Shown one piece after another: positions 1 to 10,800 of a stretch of DNA of 54,593 nucleotides. Position 1 is the stretch's first letter. Each line of letters opens with the position of its first letter. The position numbers and the translations under genes were made by a program. This DNA is from an uncultured Clostridium sp. (GTDB taxonomy: Bacteria > Bacillota > Clostridia > TANB77 > CAG-508), in assembly GCA_947245515.1 (NCBI GenBank), contig CAMXQV010000006.1, positions 1 to 54,593 on the forward strand, read 5' to 3'. The notes below the pieces were generated by a model, which saw only the letters and a program-made list of their open reading frames with translations, was not told the origin of the DNA and did no database searches.

Positions 1-81
1 AATACTACAAATTTTTTTATAAAAGTTTGTTTCACATCATTGACACATATACAATTTTTTATAAAAAATTGTTAAATTGTA

Positions 82-110
82 TTGACATTTATCTTAAAAT
101 AGGTTATACT
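82..110 (+). promoter_or_regulatory. sigma-A-like promoter of the tRNA
   Basis: TTGACA (82-87), 17-nt spacer, TATACT (105-110), 26 nt upstream of the tRNA. Confidence 0.7.
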
Positions 111-136
111 TTGTCTTGTGTTAAACATATATAGTT

Positions 137-213
137 GCTCCCTTAGCTCAGTTGGTCAGAGCAACCGGCTCATAACCGGTGGGTCCAAGGTTCGAATCCT
201 TGAGGGAGCACCA
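137..213 (+). tRNA. tRNA with CAT anticodon, probably tRNA-Ile2 (lysidine type) rather than Met
   Basis: Cloverleaf: acceptor GCTCCCT/AGGGAGC, anticodon arm ACCGG-CTCATAA-CCGGT, T loop GTTCGAATC, encoded CCA. The Ile2 assignment rests on recalled resemblance to Firmicute tRNA-Ile2. Confidence 0.9.
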
Positions 214-214
214 T

Positions 215-258
215 AAAAATAATCGTTTGAAAAGCTTATTTTCAAACGATTATTTTTT
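215..258 (+). terminator. intrinsic terminator, possibly bidirectional
   Basis: Perfect inverted repeat AAAAATAATCGTTTGAAAA / TTTTCAAACGATTATTTTT directly after the tRNA. Confidence 0.8.
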
Positions 259-319
259 ATAGTAAAGAGATATTATATAGGTTTAACACATCAGAACTAT
301 ATAAATAAGAACAAAAGTA

Positions 320-348
320 TTGACAATCAGGTTAATACAGTATATTAT
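320..348 (+). promoter_or_regulatory. sigma-A-like promoter of recD2
   Basis: TTGACA (320-325), 17 nt, TATTAT (343-348). Confidence 0.55.
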
Positions 349-443
349 CATAAAAAAAAGGAGCAATAAGTAAAGAAAAGAGATATCCAAGTTTTTATTT
401 TAAAGAAAAATAGGGAATTTGATAAATAGCAGAGGAGAGATAC

Positions 444-2665
444 ATGGAAATAACAGGTGAAGTACTAGATATACGATATAAAAATGAAATAAATAGTTAT
501 ACAATAGCAGATTTTGAAACAGAAGAAGAAATAACAACAATAGTAGGATATCTACCATTTATAAATATTGGAGACACTCTAAAATTAGAAGGAAAATTTG
601 TAGAGAACAAAGAATATGGAAGACAATTCAAAATAGAAACCTTTGAAAAGATGCTACCAAAAACAACAGGGGCACTACAACGATATTTAGCAAATGGAAA
701 CATAAAAGGGATAGGAGAAGCAATATCAAAAAGAATAATAAATAAATTTGGAGAAGAAACTATATCTATATTAAAATATGAACCTTTAAAGCTAGCACAA
801 ATAAAAGGAATATCAGAAAAGAAAGCAAAGGAAATATCAGAAAGTTTTATAGAAAACTGGGAAGTATGGCAAATAGTTGGATTTTTAGAAAGATTTGGAA
901 TAGGAGCAGAACATGCAAAAAAAGTATATGAACTATATGGACTAAATGCAATAGAAGAAATAGAAGCAAATCCATATGTTTTAATAGATTTAGCAAGAGG
1001 AATAGATTTTAAGCAAATAGATAAAATGGCATTAGAAATTGGAATAAGTTATGACAATGACAAAAGAGTAGAAAGTGGAATAAAATATGCATTAATTAGA
1101 AGTACCTATAATGGAAATAGTTGTGTTATAGAAGAAAATTTAGAACAATTTGTAATAGAATTATTAGATATAACAAAAGAAAACATAGAAGATGGAATAA
1201 TAAATCTAAAAGTAAAAGATGAAATTGTAGTAGAAGAAAGAGAAAACAACAAGTATATTTACTTAAAGCCTTTTTATGAAACAGAACAAGAAATAGCAAT
1301 TAGAATAAAAAGGTTAAAAGAAAGTAAAAATATAAAAAAAGTAAATAACGTAAAGGAAGAATTAAAGAATTTAGAAGGAAACTGTAAAATAGAATTATCA
1401 AAGAAACAAAAAGAAGCAATAGAAGTAATAAACGAAAATAATGTAACAATTATAACAGGTGGACCAGGAACTGGAAAGACTACAATTATAAAAAGCATAA
1501 TTGATATATATGAAAGAAATGGAAAAAAGGTAGTATTATGTGCACCAACAGGAAGAGCGGCAAAAAGAATGACAGAAGCAACAGGAAAAGAAGCATCAAC
1601 CTTACATAGACTATTAGAAATAGGAAAAATTGACGACGACAGTCTATATAATAACAATACAGATTATGAAGGAGCACCAATAGATGCAGATATAATAATT
1701 ATTGATGAAATGTCTATGGTAGATATGTTTTTAATGAATTATCTCTTAAAGTGTATTTATAAAAGTACAAAACTAATATTAGTAGGAGATGAAGATCAAT
1801 TAGCATCAGTAGGACCAGGAGCAGTTTTAAAAGATTTAATACATTCAGAAGAAATAATAACAATACACTTAGACAAAATCTTTAGACAAGCAGCAAAAAG
1901 CAAAATAGTTTTAAATGCACATAGAGTAAACAAAGGAGAACCCTTTTTAAAAAAAGAAGAAGACTTTTCAAAAGAGATGCAAGAAGATTTCTTTTTCATA
2001 AAACAAAATTCACAAGAAAGAGTAGTATCAGAAATAATATCATTATGTACAGGTAGGTTAAAAAAATTTGGAAACTATGATTTCTTTCAAAATATACAAG
2101 TATTAACGCCAACAAAAAAAGGGATAATAGGGACAAGGGAACTAAACAAAGTATTACAAGAGAAATTGAATCCAGCCAAAAAACGGACTACCAGAAAAAG
2201 CAAGTATGGGAGCAATATACAGAATTCATGATAGAGTAATGCAAATAAAAAACAACTATGATATAGCTTGGCAAAAAGACATAAATGGAAAAAAAGAGTG
2301 GGGAAGTGGAGTATTTAATGGAGAGATAGGAACAATAGAGAAAATAGATGAGACGAACAAACAATTAGAAATTAAATTTGATGACGAAAAAAAAGCCTTA
2401 TATGATTATCAAGACTTAGATCAAATAGAACATAGCTATAGTATTACAATACACAAAGCACAACGGAAGTGAATTTGATGTAGTAATAATGGCAATACCA
2501 CCATCAGCTCCTAAGCTAATGACAAGAAATTTACTATATACAGGAATAACAAGAGCAAAAAAACTTTTAATTATAGTAGGATATGAAAAGGTAGTGCAAT
2601 ATATGATACAAAATATAGATAGTAAGAAAAGAAATACAGGATTAGAAAGCAAAATGAGACAGTAA
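444..2665 (+). CDS. recD2: ATP-dependent RecD-like DNA helicase (RecD2), ~739 aa, needing two +1 shifts at CGG 2184 and 2464
   Basis: GGPGTGKTT Walker A, APTGRAA, DEMSM, VGDEDQLASV. After the shifts it reads ...DRVMQIKNNY...VFNGEIG...TIHKAQ-GSEFD...RNLLYTGITRAK, ending at TAA 2663-2665. Confidence 0.9.
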
Positions 2666-2965
2666 GGGCAGTTTTGGTTTGTCTCATTTTTGTTATATTT
2701 TTTGATAAATAATTTATAGAATAAAACCAAGTATAATGATGAAAAACATTTTTTAGAAAAAAGCTTAATAAAAAACTTTTAGAATTATTTAAGTCATAGA
2801 AATTTATTGTTTCAGATAAAAAAATTTCTTATTTCCTTCATCTCAAAGAATTTTTTAGAACCCTTTAAATCTATAAAATATCAAATAATATATAATATTT
2901 CACAAGAATAGAATATTAAAGATTTTAGAAATAATTTTAAACAAAATAAAAAAATACTAAAGGAG

Positions 2966-3652
2966 ATGATAGATATATTAGACAAAATAGTAAAACAAAC
3001 AAAGACTATTTTAGATGTCTTTTTGGATGTGATTTATCCACAGACTTGTGGGATTTGTGGAAAAATCAACAAGAATTCTCTTTGTAAAAAGTGTAATTTA
3101 AGAGTAGATAAAGAATTTAATCTATTTTTTGATTGTAGTATTAAAGATAAATATTTTAATACATTAATTTGCTTTTTTAAATATGAAGGTTTTATTAGAA
3201 AGGTATTACTAGATTTTAAATTTAGAGATAAAGCCTTTCTATATAAAACAATTGTTAAAATGATATTAAAACAAGAATTTATATTTGAATTTTTAAATAC
3301 TTATGATACAATTATACCAATTCCAATAAGCAAAAAGAGAAGATACCAAAGAGGTTACAATCAAAGTGAATTAATTGCAAAGGAAATTGCAAATTTTATT
3401 AATATAGAGTATAAAGATAATTGTTTGGTAAAAGTAAAGAATATTATTGAACAAAGTAAATTAAATAAGGAGCAAAGAAGATTAAATATACAGGATGCTT
3501 ATCTATTGAAAAATGAGAGAGATTTAAAAGATAAAAAGCTTATATTATTAGATGATATATATACAACTGGTAGTACTGTTAATGAAGTTAGTAGAAATTT
3601 AGCGAAAGCAGAGCCAAAAAGTATATGTGTTTTAACTATTGCAAAGGATTAA
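2966..3652 (+). CDS. comF: ComF family protein (zinc ribbon + phosphoribosyltransferase)
   Basis: CGIC...CKKC, RGYNQSELIA, LLDDIYTTGST motifs; AAGGAG RBS. Confidence 0.85.
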   Translation: MIDILDKIVKQTKTILDVFLDVIYPQTCGICGKINKNSLCKKCNLRVDKEFNLFFDCSIKDKYFNTLICFFKYEGFIRKVLLDFKFRDKAFLYKTIVKMILKQEFIFEFLNTYDTIIPIPISKKRRYQRGYNQSELIAKEIANFINIEYKDNCLVKVKNIIEQSKLNKEQRRLNIQDAYLLKNERDLKDKKLILLDDIYTTGSTVNEVSRNLAKAEPKSICVLTIAKD

Positions 3653-3680
3653 GCTTTAAATTATGAAACTAGGAGGAAGA

Positions 3681-5657
3681 ATGGAGGATTTAGTAGAAAG
3701 TATTTTAGATTATATAAGATCTGATTATACAGATTATGCTGTAATGATTAATGGAGAATGGGGTTCAGGTAAGACTCATTTCTGGAACAATAAAGTACGT
3801 AAAAAAATTGAATCAATGCAATTAAATGGAAAAAGATATACAACAATATATATGTCTTTATATGGTATTTCAAACTTAGAAGAAATAAGCAAAAAAATCT
3901 TTATTGAAACAACACAGCTAATGGATAAAAATTTAAGAAAATATATGGATACGCATGAAAGAACAGTTATTCCAGAATATGCAAAAACAGGTATTGATAT
4001 GGCAAATCTTTTTGGAGTAACACAAAATGGAGATAAAATTAATTATGATGAGTTTTTTTCAACAGACGATAAGGTTTTATGTTTTGATGATTTAGAGAGA
4101 GCAAATGTAGATGTTATTGATATTTTAGGATATATAAATAATTTTGTTGAACATGATCATATAAAAACAATAATAATATGCAATGAAAAAGAATTAGCAA
4201 CAAAATTAAAAAGTTCAAATTTAGAGATGAAAACTTTTATAGCAACCTATCTTTTAGATAAACAAGGAGAATTAAATAAGTCTGATATACCAATGGTTGA
4301 GAAAATTCAAGATAAAATAGAACATGTTTTTGACAAAGCAAATGATTATGAAAGAATAAAGGAAAAGCTAATTGGAGAAACCTTTGAATATGCACCAAAA
4401 TTTGACTATATTATAAATGGAATTTTAATGAGATATGAAAGTAATCCAGATTTAATTAGATGTCTTAGAGAGAATACAGGTTTAATTATTTCTACCTTTA
4501 ATAAAAGTGGCACAAGAAATTTAAGAATTTTAAAACATGCATTAAATGATTTTAAAAAGATATATGAAATGGTAAATAAATCTTATCCTAATATTAATAA
4601 TAGAATAATGCAAACCATGTTAATTTTTACAATTGCAATTTCTTTTGAAATAAAAGCAGGAAAAATTACAAAAGATAAATTTGTTAATATAAAAGACAAT
4701 GAAGAATACAAAGCAATATTAGTTTCTTCAAGAATATTAATGGATAACAGACAATTTTATATAAAAGAATTCGATAATAATTATTATTATAATTTTAAAT
4801 CAGAATATCGTTTCTTTAAATTTATAGAGTATTATGTAAGAACTCGTATTTTTGATATGAAATTATTTAAAGAAAATATGGAAACAATCAGAAATACAGT
4901 AGATACAGAAAATTTGCCTTCTTATAAACGATTACTTACAGAAGAATATTGGAAAATATCAGATGAACAATTTGAAGTAATTATTAGAGAAGTATTACAA
5001 CAAGTATTAGAAGGAAAATTGAAACTTATAGATATTGTAAAATTATTTGCATATTTTAGTTATTTTTCTAGAAAGGGTCTTATAGGATATGATTTAAAGA
5101 CCTTAAAAAATTTATTTTTAAATGGTATGAAGGTTTCATCTCTTACTTCTGAATATTGCCCAAAGGTTAAGGAAGAATTAGGAAAAATAGCTATAGGTGA
5201 TGTAACAGAAGATATGGATGAAATATTAGAAAATTTTAATATTTTAAATGATCAATTATTAGATAAAATGTATACAGAAAAAGCACAAGAAATAATCAAA
5301 TGTATTCCAATGAAAATGGAGACTTTTTATGAAAGATTTTATAATGAAGGTATGAAAATACCAATTTTTAAATACTATGATCCACTTCAACTGTTTCAGA
5401 GAATTTCCTGTGCAAGTAATGAAGATATAGTGCTGATAAAAGAAAAATTAATAGATAGAGCTGATAGATATAGTAAAGAGATTGAAGCGGAAATGGAAAA
5501 TATTAAAGAGCTAAAAAGAGTTATTGAAGATTACTTAAAAGGAAAAGAACAATCTATAAAAATTGTAATGCTTAAAGATTTAGCTGATAGTTTAGGGGAT
5601 ATTTTAGATAAATATAAAAAAGATAAGTTATTAGAAAAAGATGAAAATATAGTATAA
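3681..5657 (+). CDS. KAP-family-like P-loop NTPase
   Basis: N-terminal YAVMINGEWGSGKT Walker A and LCFDDLER Walker B; AGGAGG RBS before ATG 3681. Confidence 0.7.
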   Translation: MEDLVESILDYIRSDYTDYAVMINGEWGSGKTHFWNNKVRKKIESMQLNGKRYTTIYMSLYGISNLEEISKKIFIETTQLMDKNLRKYMDTHERTVIPEYAKTGIDMANLFGVTQNGDKINYDEFFSTDDKVLCFDDLERANVDVIDILGYINNFVEHDHIKTIIICNEKELATKLKSSNLEMKTFIATYLLDKQGELNKSDIPMVEKIQDKIEHVFDKANDYERIKEKLIGETFEYAPKFDYIINGILMRYESNPDLIRCLRENTGLIISTFNKSGTRNLRILKHALNDFKKIYEMVNKSYPNINNRIMQTMLIFTIAISFEIKAGKITKDKFVNIKDNEEYKAILVSSRILMDNRQFYIKEFDNNYYYNFKSEYRFFKFIEYYVRTRIFDMKLFKENMETIRNTVDTENLPSYKRLLTEEYWKISDEQFEVIIREVLQQVLEGKLKLIDIVKLFAYFSYFSRKGLIGYDLKTLKNLFLNGMKVSSLTSEYCPKVKEELGKIAIGDVTEDMDEILENFNILNDQLLDKMYTEKAQEIIKCIPMKMETFYERFYNEGMKIPIFKYYDPLQLFQRISCASNEDIVLIKEKLIDRADRYSKEIEAEMENIKELKRVIEDYLKGKEQSIKIVMLKDLADSLGDILDKYKKDKLLEKDENIV

Positions 5658-5772
5658 AATAATATTTAATAAAATTTTGGAAAAACTTTATTTTAAAGTT
5701 TTTCTTTTTTGTATAAAAAATTCCTTTTTTGACATACTAAAATTAGACAAAAAATTAAAAGGAGGAAATCTT

Positions 5773-6327
5773 ATGAAAGCAACAGGTGTTGTAAGAAGAA
5801 TAGATGATTTAGGAAGAGTAGTAATTCCAAAAGAAATAAGAAAAACATTAAGAATAAAAGAGGGTGATCCATTAGAAATATTTACAGATAGAGAAGGTCA
5901 AGTAATATTAAAGAAATATTCTCCTATTGGTGAGTTATCAGAATTTGCTGCTGGTTATGCAGAAACTCTTTCAAAAACAACTGGACATATTGCATGTATT
6001 ACAGATAAAGATACAATTATTGCTGTTTCAGGTGGATCTAAAAAAGAGTTTTTGGAAAAAGATATAAGTGAAGAATTAGAACAATTAATGGAAGATAAAG
6101 AAGTGTATACAAGTAAAGAGAATAGTGATATGGCACTTCCTATAACTAAAAATGATAGTAAAGAAAGAAAAAATAATGCACAAGTTGTGTATCCAATACT
6201 TTCTAATGGTGACACTATTGGAACAGTAATATTAATGTCTAAAGAACCAAGTGGACAGATGAACGAAGTAGAGAAAAAGGTTGCTCAATCTGCTGCTACC
6301 TTTTTAGGTAGTCAAATGGAGATATAA
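5773..6327 (+). CDS. spoVT: stage V sporulation protein T (AbrB-type DNA-binding domain + GAF)
   Basis: MKATGVVRRIDDLGRVVIPKEIRKTLRIKEGDPLEIF...LKKYSPIGEL; GGAGG RBS before ATG 5773. Confidence 0.92.
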   Translation: MKATGVVRRIDDLGRVVIPKEIRKTLRIKEGDPLEIFTDREGQVILKKYSPIGELSEFAAGYAETLSKTTGHIACITDKDTIIAVSGGSKKEFLEKDISEELEQLMEDKEVYTSKENSDMALPITKNDSKERKNNAQVVYPILSNGDTIGTVILMSKEPSGQMNEVEKKVAQSAATFLGSQMEI

Positions 6328-6371
6328 TCTATAAGAAAGGGACTTTTTTACATCTCAAAGAGTAATTTTTT

Positions 6372-6411
6372 AAAAACTCATATGTGTGTTATAGCATCAT
6401 ATGAGTTTTTT
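6372..6411 (+). terminator. intrinsic terminator after spoVT
   Basis: AAAACTCATATG...CATATGAGTTTTTT hairpin with T tract. Confidence 0.6.
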
Positions 6412-6464
6412 CCATTTAAAACGAAAAATAATAAAAAAATAAAAAAATGGCTAAAATATAAAAA

Positions 6465-7478
6465 ATGGAGGAAAGAAAAATGTTCAAACCACAAGCAATA
6501 TATTATGAAAAAGAAATCTTAAATTATCCTTTAGGAAAACAACTAATGGAAAAATACAAAGAAGAGCCAAAAATAGAAATAGAAAATCATAACAACATAG
6601 ACGAAATGAGAAAAAAGCAAAACAGTGAATTTGCAAATATGAAAAGAAACTTAATAATAGGAATAAGAAAGACACATAAATTTGTAGAAAATCATAAAAC
6701 GTCAGACTATTTAGTGTCATATACATCATCAGGATGTACAGCATCATGTATGTATTGTTATTTAGTATGTAACTATAACAAATGTGCATATTTAAGACTA
6801 TTTGTAAATAGAGAGAAAATGTTAGAAAAAATCATCAAAACATCAAATCAAGCAGAAAAAGAATTAACCTTTGAAATAGGAAGTAATAGTGATCTTATCT
6901 TAGAAAACTCAATAACAGCAAATTTAGAATGGACAATTGAAAATTTTAAAAATGCTAATAAAGGTTTTTTAACCTTACCAACCAAATTTGATATGGTTGA
7001 TCCAATATTACCATTAGATCATCAAGGAAAAGTAATAATAAGAGTAAGTGTAAATCCAGAAGAAATAATAAACAAAGTAGAATTTGGAACATCAAGGTTA
7101 AAAGGAAGAATAGAAGCAATAAATAAATTAAAAGAAGCAGGATATAAAATAGGAATTTTAATAGCACCAGTAATAATGGTAGAAAATTGGAAACAACTAT
7201 ATTTAGAATTAATACAAAGATTAAACCAAGAATTATCAGAAAAAGTAAAAAAAGATGTATTTTTCGAAATTATATTTATGACCTATAGCTTTGTACACAC
7301 AAAAATAAATGAAGAAGCTTTTCCAAATGCAATTAATTTATATAATAAAGAAAATATGACAGGAAGAGGCAGAGGAAAATACTGTTACAAAAAAGAATTA
7401 AGAGAAGATGGAGAAATTTTCTTAAGAGAACAAATGAAAAAATACTTTCCAAATAATCAAATTGAATATATTGTGTAA
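6465..7478 (+). CDS. spore photoproduct lyase family radical SAM protein
   Basis: GCTASCMYCYL CxxxCxxC motif, FEIGSNSDL, EFGTSRLKGRIEAINKL, IAPVI. Confidence 0.8.
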   Translation: MEERKMFKPQAIYYEKEILNYPLGKQLMEKYKEEPKIEIENHNNIDEMRKKQNSEFANMKRNLIIGIRKTHKFVENHKTSDYLVSYTSSGCTASCMYCYLVCNYNKCAYLRLFVNREKMLEKIIKTSNQAEKELTFEIGSNSDLILENSITANLEWTIENFKNANKGFLTLPTKFDMVDPILPLDHQGKVIIRVSVNPEEIINKVEFGTSRLKGRIEAINKLKEAGYKIGILIAPVIMVENWKQLYLELIQRLNQELSEKVKKDVFFEIIFMTYSFVHTKINEEAFPNAINLYNKENMTGRGRGKYCYKKELREDGEIFLREQMKKYFPNNQIEYIV

Positions 7479-7653
7479 AAACACTTGAAATATATTCCAA
7501 AATATAGTAAAATAGGTATGTCAAAAAAAGACATACCTTTTACTTAGCTATAAGTAAGCACCTAAACGATAAGCTCAGTTAAAGGGAAAACAAAAAAATA
7601 AGGTGTAGGTTTGAAAAAATCAAACTAAAAAAGCCTTGAGAAAGGAGAAAAAA

Positions 7654-7917
7654 ATGACAAAGGAAAGAAAACAAGAAATCATTAATACTTATAAAAGAGA
7701 AGAAAATGACACAGGTTCACCAGAAGTACAAATAGCACTATTAACACAAAGAATTAATGAGCTAACAGAACATTTAAAAATTCACCAAAAAGACAATCAT
7801 TCAAGAAGAGGTCTTTTAAAAATGGTAGGAAAAAGAAGAAACCTATTAAACTACTTAGCTAAAAAAGACATAAACAGATACAGAGAAATTGTTGAAAAAT
7901 TAGGATTAAGAAAATAA
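7654..7917 (+). CDS. rpsO: 30S ribosomal protein S15
   Basis: [13 protein letters not shown]...[29 protein letters not shown]...LGLRK; AAGGAG RBS before ATG 7654. Confidence 0.97.
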   Translation: MTKERKQEIINTYKREENDTGSPEVQIALLTQRINELTEHLKIHQKDNHSRRGLLKMVGKRRNLLNYLAKKDINRYREIVEKLGLRK

Positions 7918-7921
7918 AAAC

Positions 7922-7955
7922 AGGAACAAATCTCGTTTATGCGAGACTTGTTCCT
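7922..7955 (+). terminator. hairpin/terminator after rpsO
   Basis: AGGAACAAATCTCG-TTTATG-CGAGACTTGTTCCT inverted repeat. Confidence 0.6.
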
Positions 7956-7977
7956 TATTTATAATAAAAAAGAAAAA

Positions 7978-8086
7978 AAGCAAGGATAGGTAAGTAGCTT
8001 GTATAATGCATTTAAAAAAAGAGTAAATTAATAAAAAATACATAAAATAATAAATACATTATAGAGGTTACAATCTAAACTTGCTT
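7978..8086 (+). promoter_or_regulatory. long imperfect stem in the pnp leader (candidate RNase III site)
   Basis: Nested pairings AAGCAAG/CTTGCTT, GTAGCTT/AGGTTAC, TATAATGCATTTA/TAAATACATTATA. Confidence 0.45.
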
Positions 8087-8143
8087 AGAAAAAAATAAAA
8101 AAAGGGACTATCTAAAGTCCTATTAAGAAAGGAAGTTTATAAA

Positions 8144-10258
8144 ATGTTTAAAACATACGAAACAGAACTAGCAGGAAGAAAACTAGTTATAGAAACAGGA
8201 AAAATGGCAGGACTAGCAAATGGGAGTGTATTAGTACGTTATGGAGATACATGTGTATTAGTAAATGTAACAGCATCAAAAGAGCCAAGAGATGGAATAG
8301 ATTTTTTTCCATTATCAGTTGACTTTGAAGAAAAATTATATTCAGTAGGAAAAATACCAGGAGGCTTTCTAAAAAGAGAAGGGAAACCATCAGATAAAGC
8401 AATATTAACATCAAGAGCAATAGATAGACCACTAAGACCATTATTTCCAAAAGATTTTAGAAATGATGTTGTAGTTGTTGCAACAGTATTATGTGTAGAA
8501 CAAGACAATTCACCAGAAGTTGCGGCAATGATAGGGTCAGCAGTAGCTTTAGCTATATCAGACATTCCCTTTAATGGACCAACAGCAGCTGTAAATGTTG
8601 GATTAATAGATGGAAAAATTGTAATAAATCCAACAGAAGAACAAAGAGAAAAAAGTGATTTAACTTTAACAGTAGCAGCAACAGAAAATAAAATAACAAT
8701 GATTGAAGCAGGTGCAAACGAAGTACCAGATGAATTAATGTTAGAAGCTATAAAATCAGCACATGAAGAAATTAAAAAAATATGTAAATTTATATCAAAT
8801 ATTCAAAAAGAAATTGGAAAACCAAAATTTGAATACAAATCTTTTGAAGTAAATCATGATATCTATGAATTTATAGAAGAAAACTTCAAAGAAGAAATGA
8901 AAGAAAAAGTTCAAGAAGAAGATAAAGAAACAAGAGACAATAATATTGATGCATTAACAACAAAAATTCAAGAAACTTATACAGAGAAATATGGAGAAGA
9001 AGCTTTTGAAGAAAATAAAGCTGATATAGGAGAAGCTATATATAAATTAGAGAAAAAATGTGTAAGAGAAATGATATATAACGAGCATAAAAGGGTAGAT
9101 GGTAGAGCTTTAGATGAAATAAGACCTTTGTCATGTGAAGTAGGACTATTACCAAGAACACATGGAAGTGCATTATTTACAAGAGGACAAACTCAAGTAA
9201 TGTCAATTGCAACACTTGGAATGATAAGTGAAGAACAAGTATTAGATGGAATAGATACAGAAGAATCAAAAAGATATATGCATCATTACAACTTCCCAAG
9301 TTACTCAGTAGGCGAAGCAAGGCCATCAAGAGGACCAGGAAGAAGAGAAATAGGACATGGAGCCTTAGCAGAAAAAGCCTTAGTACCAGTATTACCATCA
9401 AAAGAAGAATTCCCATATGCAATAAGAGTAGTATCAGAAGTATTATCATCAAATGGGTCAACATCACAAGCAAGTATATGTGGAAGTACTTTAAGTTTAA
9501 TGGATGCAGGTGTACCAATAAAAAGACCAGTAGCTGGAATATCAACAGGACTAGTAACAAACCCAGACAAAGATGAAGATTATGTAATGTTAGTTGATAT
9601 ACAAGGTTTAGAAGACTTTTTTGGAGACATGGATTTTAAAGTAGGAGGAACAGAAAAAGGAATTACAGCAATACAAGTAGATATTAAATGTGATGGACTA
9701 ACATACGAAATAATTGCAGAAGCTTTTGAAAAAACAGCAAAAGCAAGAAAACATATATTAGATGATATTATGATGCCAGTAATAAATAAGCCAAGAGAAG
9801 AAATTTCAGAATATGCACCAAGAATAGTTACAACACAAATAAAAGTAGAAAAAATAAAAGATGTAATTGGTAAAGGTGGAGAAACAATAAACAAAATTAT
9901 AGATGCAACAGGAGTAAAAATAGATATAGAAGAAGATGGACAAGTATTAATATATTCAACAGATAATCAAAAAGCACAAGAAGCTTTGGAAATGGTAGAA
10001 GATATAGTAAGAGAAGTTGAAGTTGGCGGAATTTATTATGGGGAAGTAACTAGAATTATGAACTTTGGAGCTTTTGTAGATTTAGGTTTTGGAGGTAAAG
10101 AAGGTTTACTTCATATATCTAAAATATCAAAAGAAAGAATTAAAAAGGTTGAAGATGTACTTAATGTGGGAGATAAAGTAACTGTTAAGGTAACAGATAT
10201 AGATGAACAAGATAGAATAAATTTAACTATGAAAGATTTAATTGAAGGGGAAAAGTAG
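8144..10258 (+). CDS. pnp: polyribonucleotide nucleotidyltransferase (PNPase)
   Basis: DFFPLSVDFEEK, RREIGHGALAEKAL, SNGSTSQASICG, GDMDFKVGGT, C-terminal KH and S1 domains; follows rpsO. Confidence 0.97.
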   Translation: MFKTYETELAGRKLVIETGKMAGLANGSVLVRYGDTCVLVNVTASKEPRDGIDFFPLSVDFEEKLYSVGKIPGGFLKREGKPSDKAILTSRAIDRPLRPLFPKDFRNDVVVVATVLCVEQDNSPEVAAMIGSAVALAISDIPFNGPTAAVNVGLIDGKIVINPTEEQREKSDLTLTVAATENKITMIEAGANEVPDELMLEAIKSAHEEIKKICKFISNIQKEIGKPKFEYKSFEVNHDIYEFIEENFKEEMKEKVQEEDKETRDNNIDALTTKIQETYTEKYGEEAFEENKADIGEAIYKLEKKCVREMIYNEHKRVDGRALDEIRPLSCEVGLLPRTHGSALFTRGQTQVMSIATLGMISEEQVLDGIDTEESKRYMHHYNFPSYSVGEARPSRGPGRREIGHGALAEKALVPVLPSKEEFPYAIRVVSEVLSSNGSTSQASICGSTLSLMDAGVPIKRPVAGISTGLVTNPDKDEDYVMLVDIQGLEDFFGDMDFKVGGTEKGITAIQVDIKCDGLTYEIIAEAFEKTAKARKHILDDIMMPVINKPREEISEYAPRIVTTQIKVEKIKDVIGKGGETINKIIDATGVKIDIEEDGQVLIYSTDNQKAQEALEMVEDIVREVEVGGIYYGEVTRIMNFGAFVDLGFGGKEGLLHISKISKERIKKVEDVLNVGDKVTVKVTDIDEQDRINLTMKDLIEGEK

Positions 10259-10318
10259 TAATAGAATTCTCATTTGTATTAATATTCGCATAGAGAGATT
10301 GAAGATATAAGGTTAATT

Positions 10319-10358
10319 AAAAAAATCGTTTTAATAAAAAAATAAAGCGATTTTTTTG
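10319..10358 (+). terminator. intrinsic terminator after pnp
   Basis: AAAAAAATCGTTTTA...TAAAGCGATTTTTTT inverted repeat. Confidence 0.5.
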
Positions 10359-10629
10359 TTATAATTTTTATGTTATTTCTAAATTTTTATTACTATCAAA
10401 ATAGATTATAGGATTGAGAAAATAAATTTTGCATAATATGCTAAAACATAGAGGAATAAGAGAATGAAATATAATATATAAAGACTATAAGGTTCATATA
10501 ATAGAAGAAGTATCTAATCCAATTACCTTAAATATACAAAAAAAGATAGGAACTTCTTATATAACCTTAGAAGTTCAAGCAAATTCAAGAGAAGGAAATT
10601 ATGTAAGGAATTAGTTAAAAAATAAAAAT

Positions 10630-10652
10630 ATATTGCCAAAGTTCTCCGTCCC
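10630..10652 (+). repeat. 23-bp direct repeat, copy A
   Basis: ATATTGCCAAAGTTCTCCGTCCC; 22/23 identical to 12481-12503. Confidence 0.75.
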
Positions 10653-10705
10653 CAAAAACAAAATTCTCTTTTTAAAAATATATCAACTTATCTACATAAA
10701 AAGTG

Positions 10706-10734
10706 TTGACAGACAATTTACCTAAAGGTATATT
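10706..10734 (+). promoter_or_regulatory. sigma-A-like promoter of the LRR gene
   Basis: TTGACA (10706-10711), 17 nt, TATATT. Confidence 0.5.
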
Positions 10735-10800
10735 TAATATAGATTTATACAAAAAATGTATAAAAAATACTTTTTAGATAAATTTATGGGGGAGATACAT

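Noticed and set aside
1309-1320. AGG or CGA as additional shift codons
   Set aside because: Both occur in frame inside uninterrupted stretches (e.g. AAA AGG TTA and ATA CGA TAT in recD2) with no frame change.
7535-7640. S15 autoregulatory leader RNA upstream of rpsO
   Set aside because: The position is plausible and short stems exist, but I could not match a defined consensus structure by eye.
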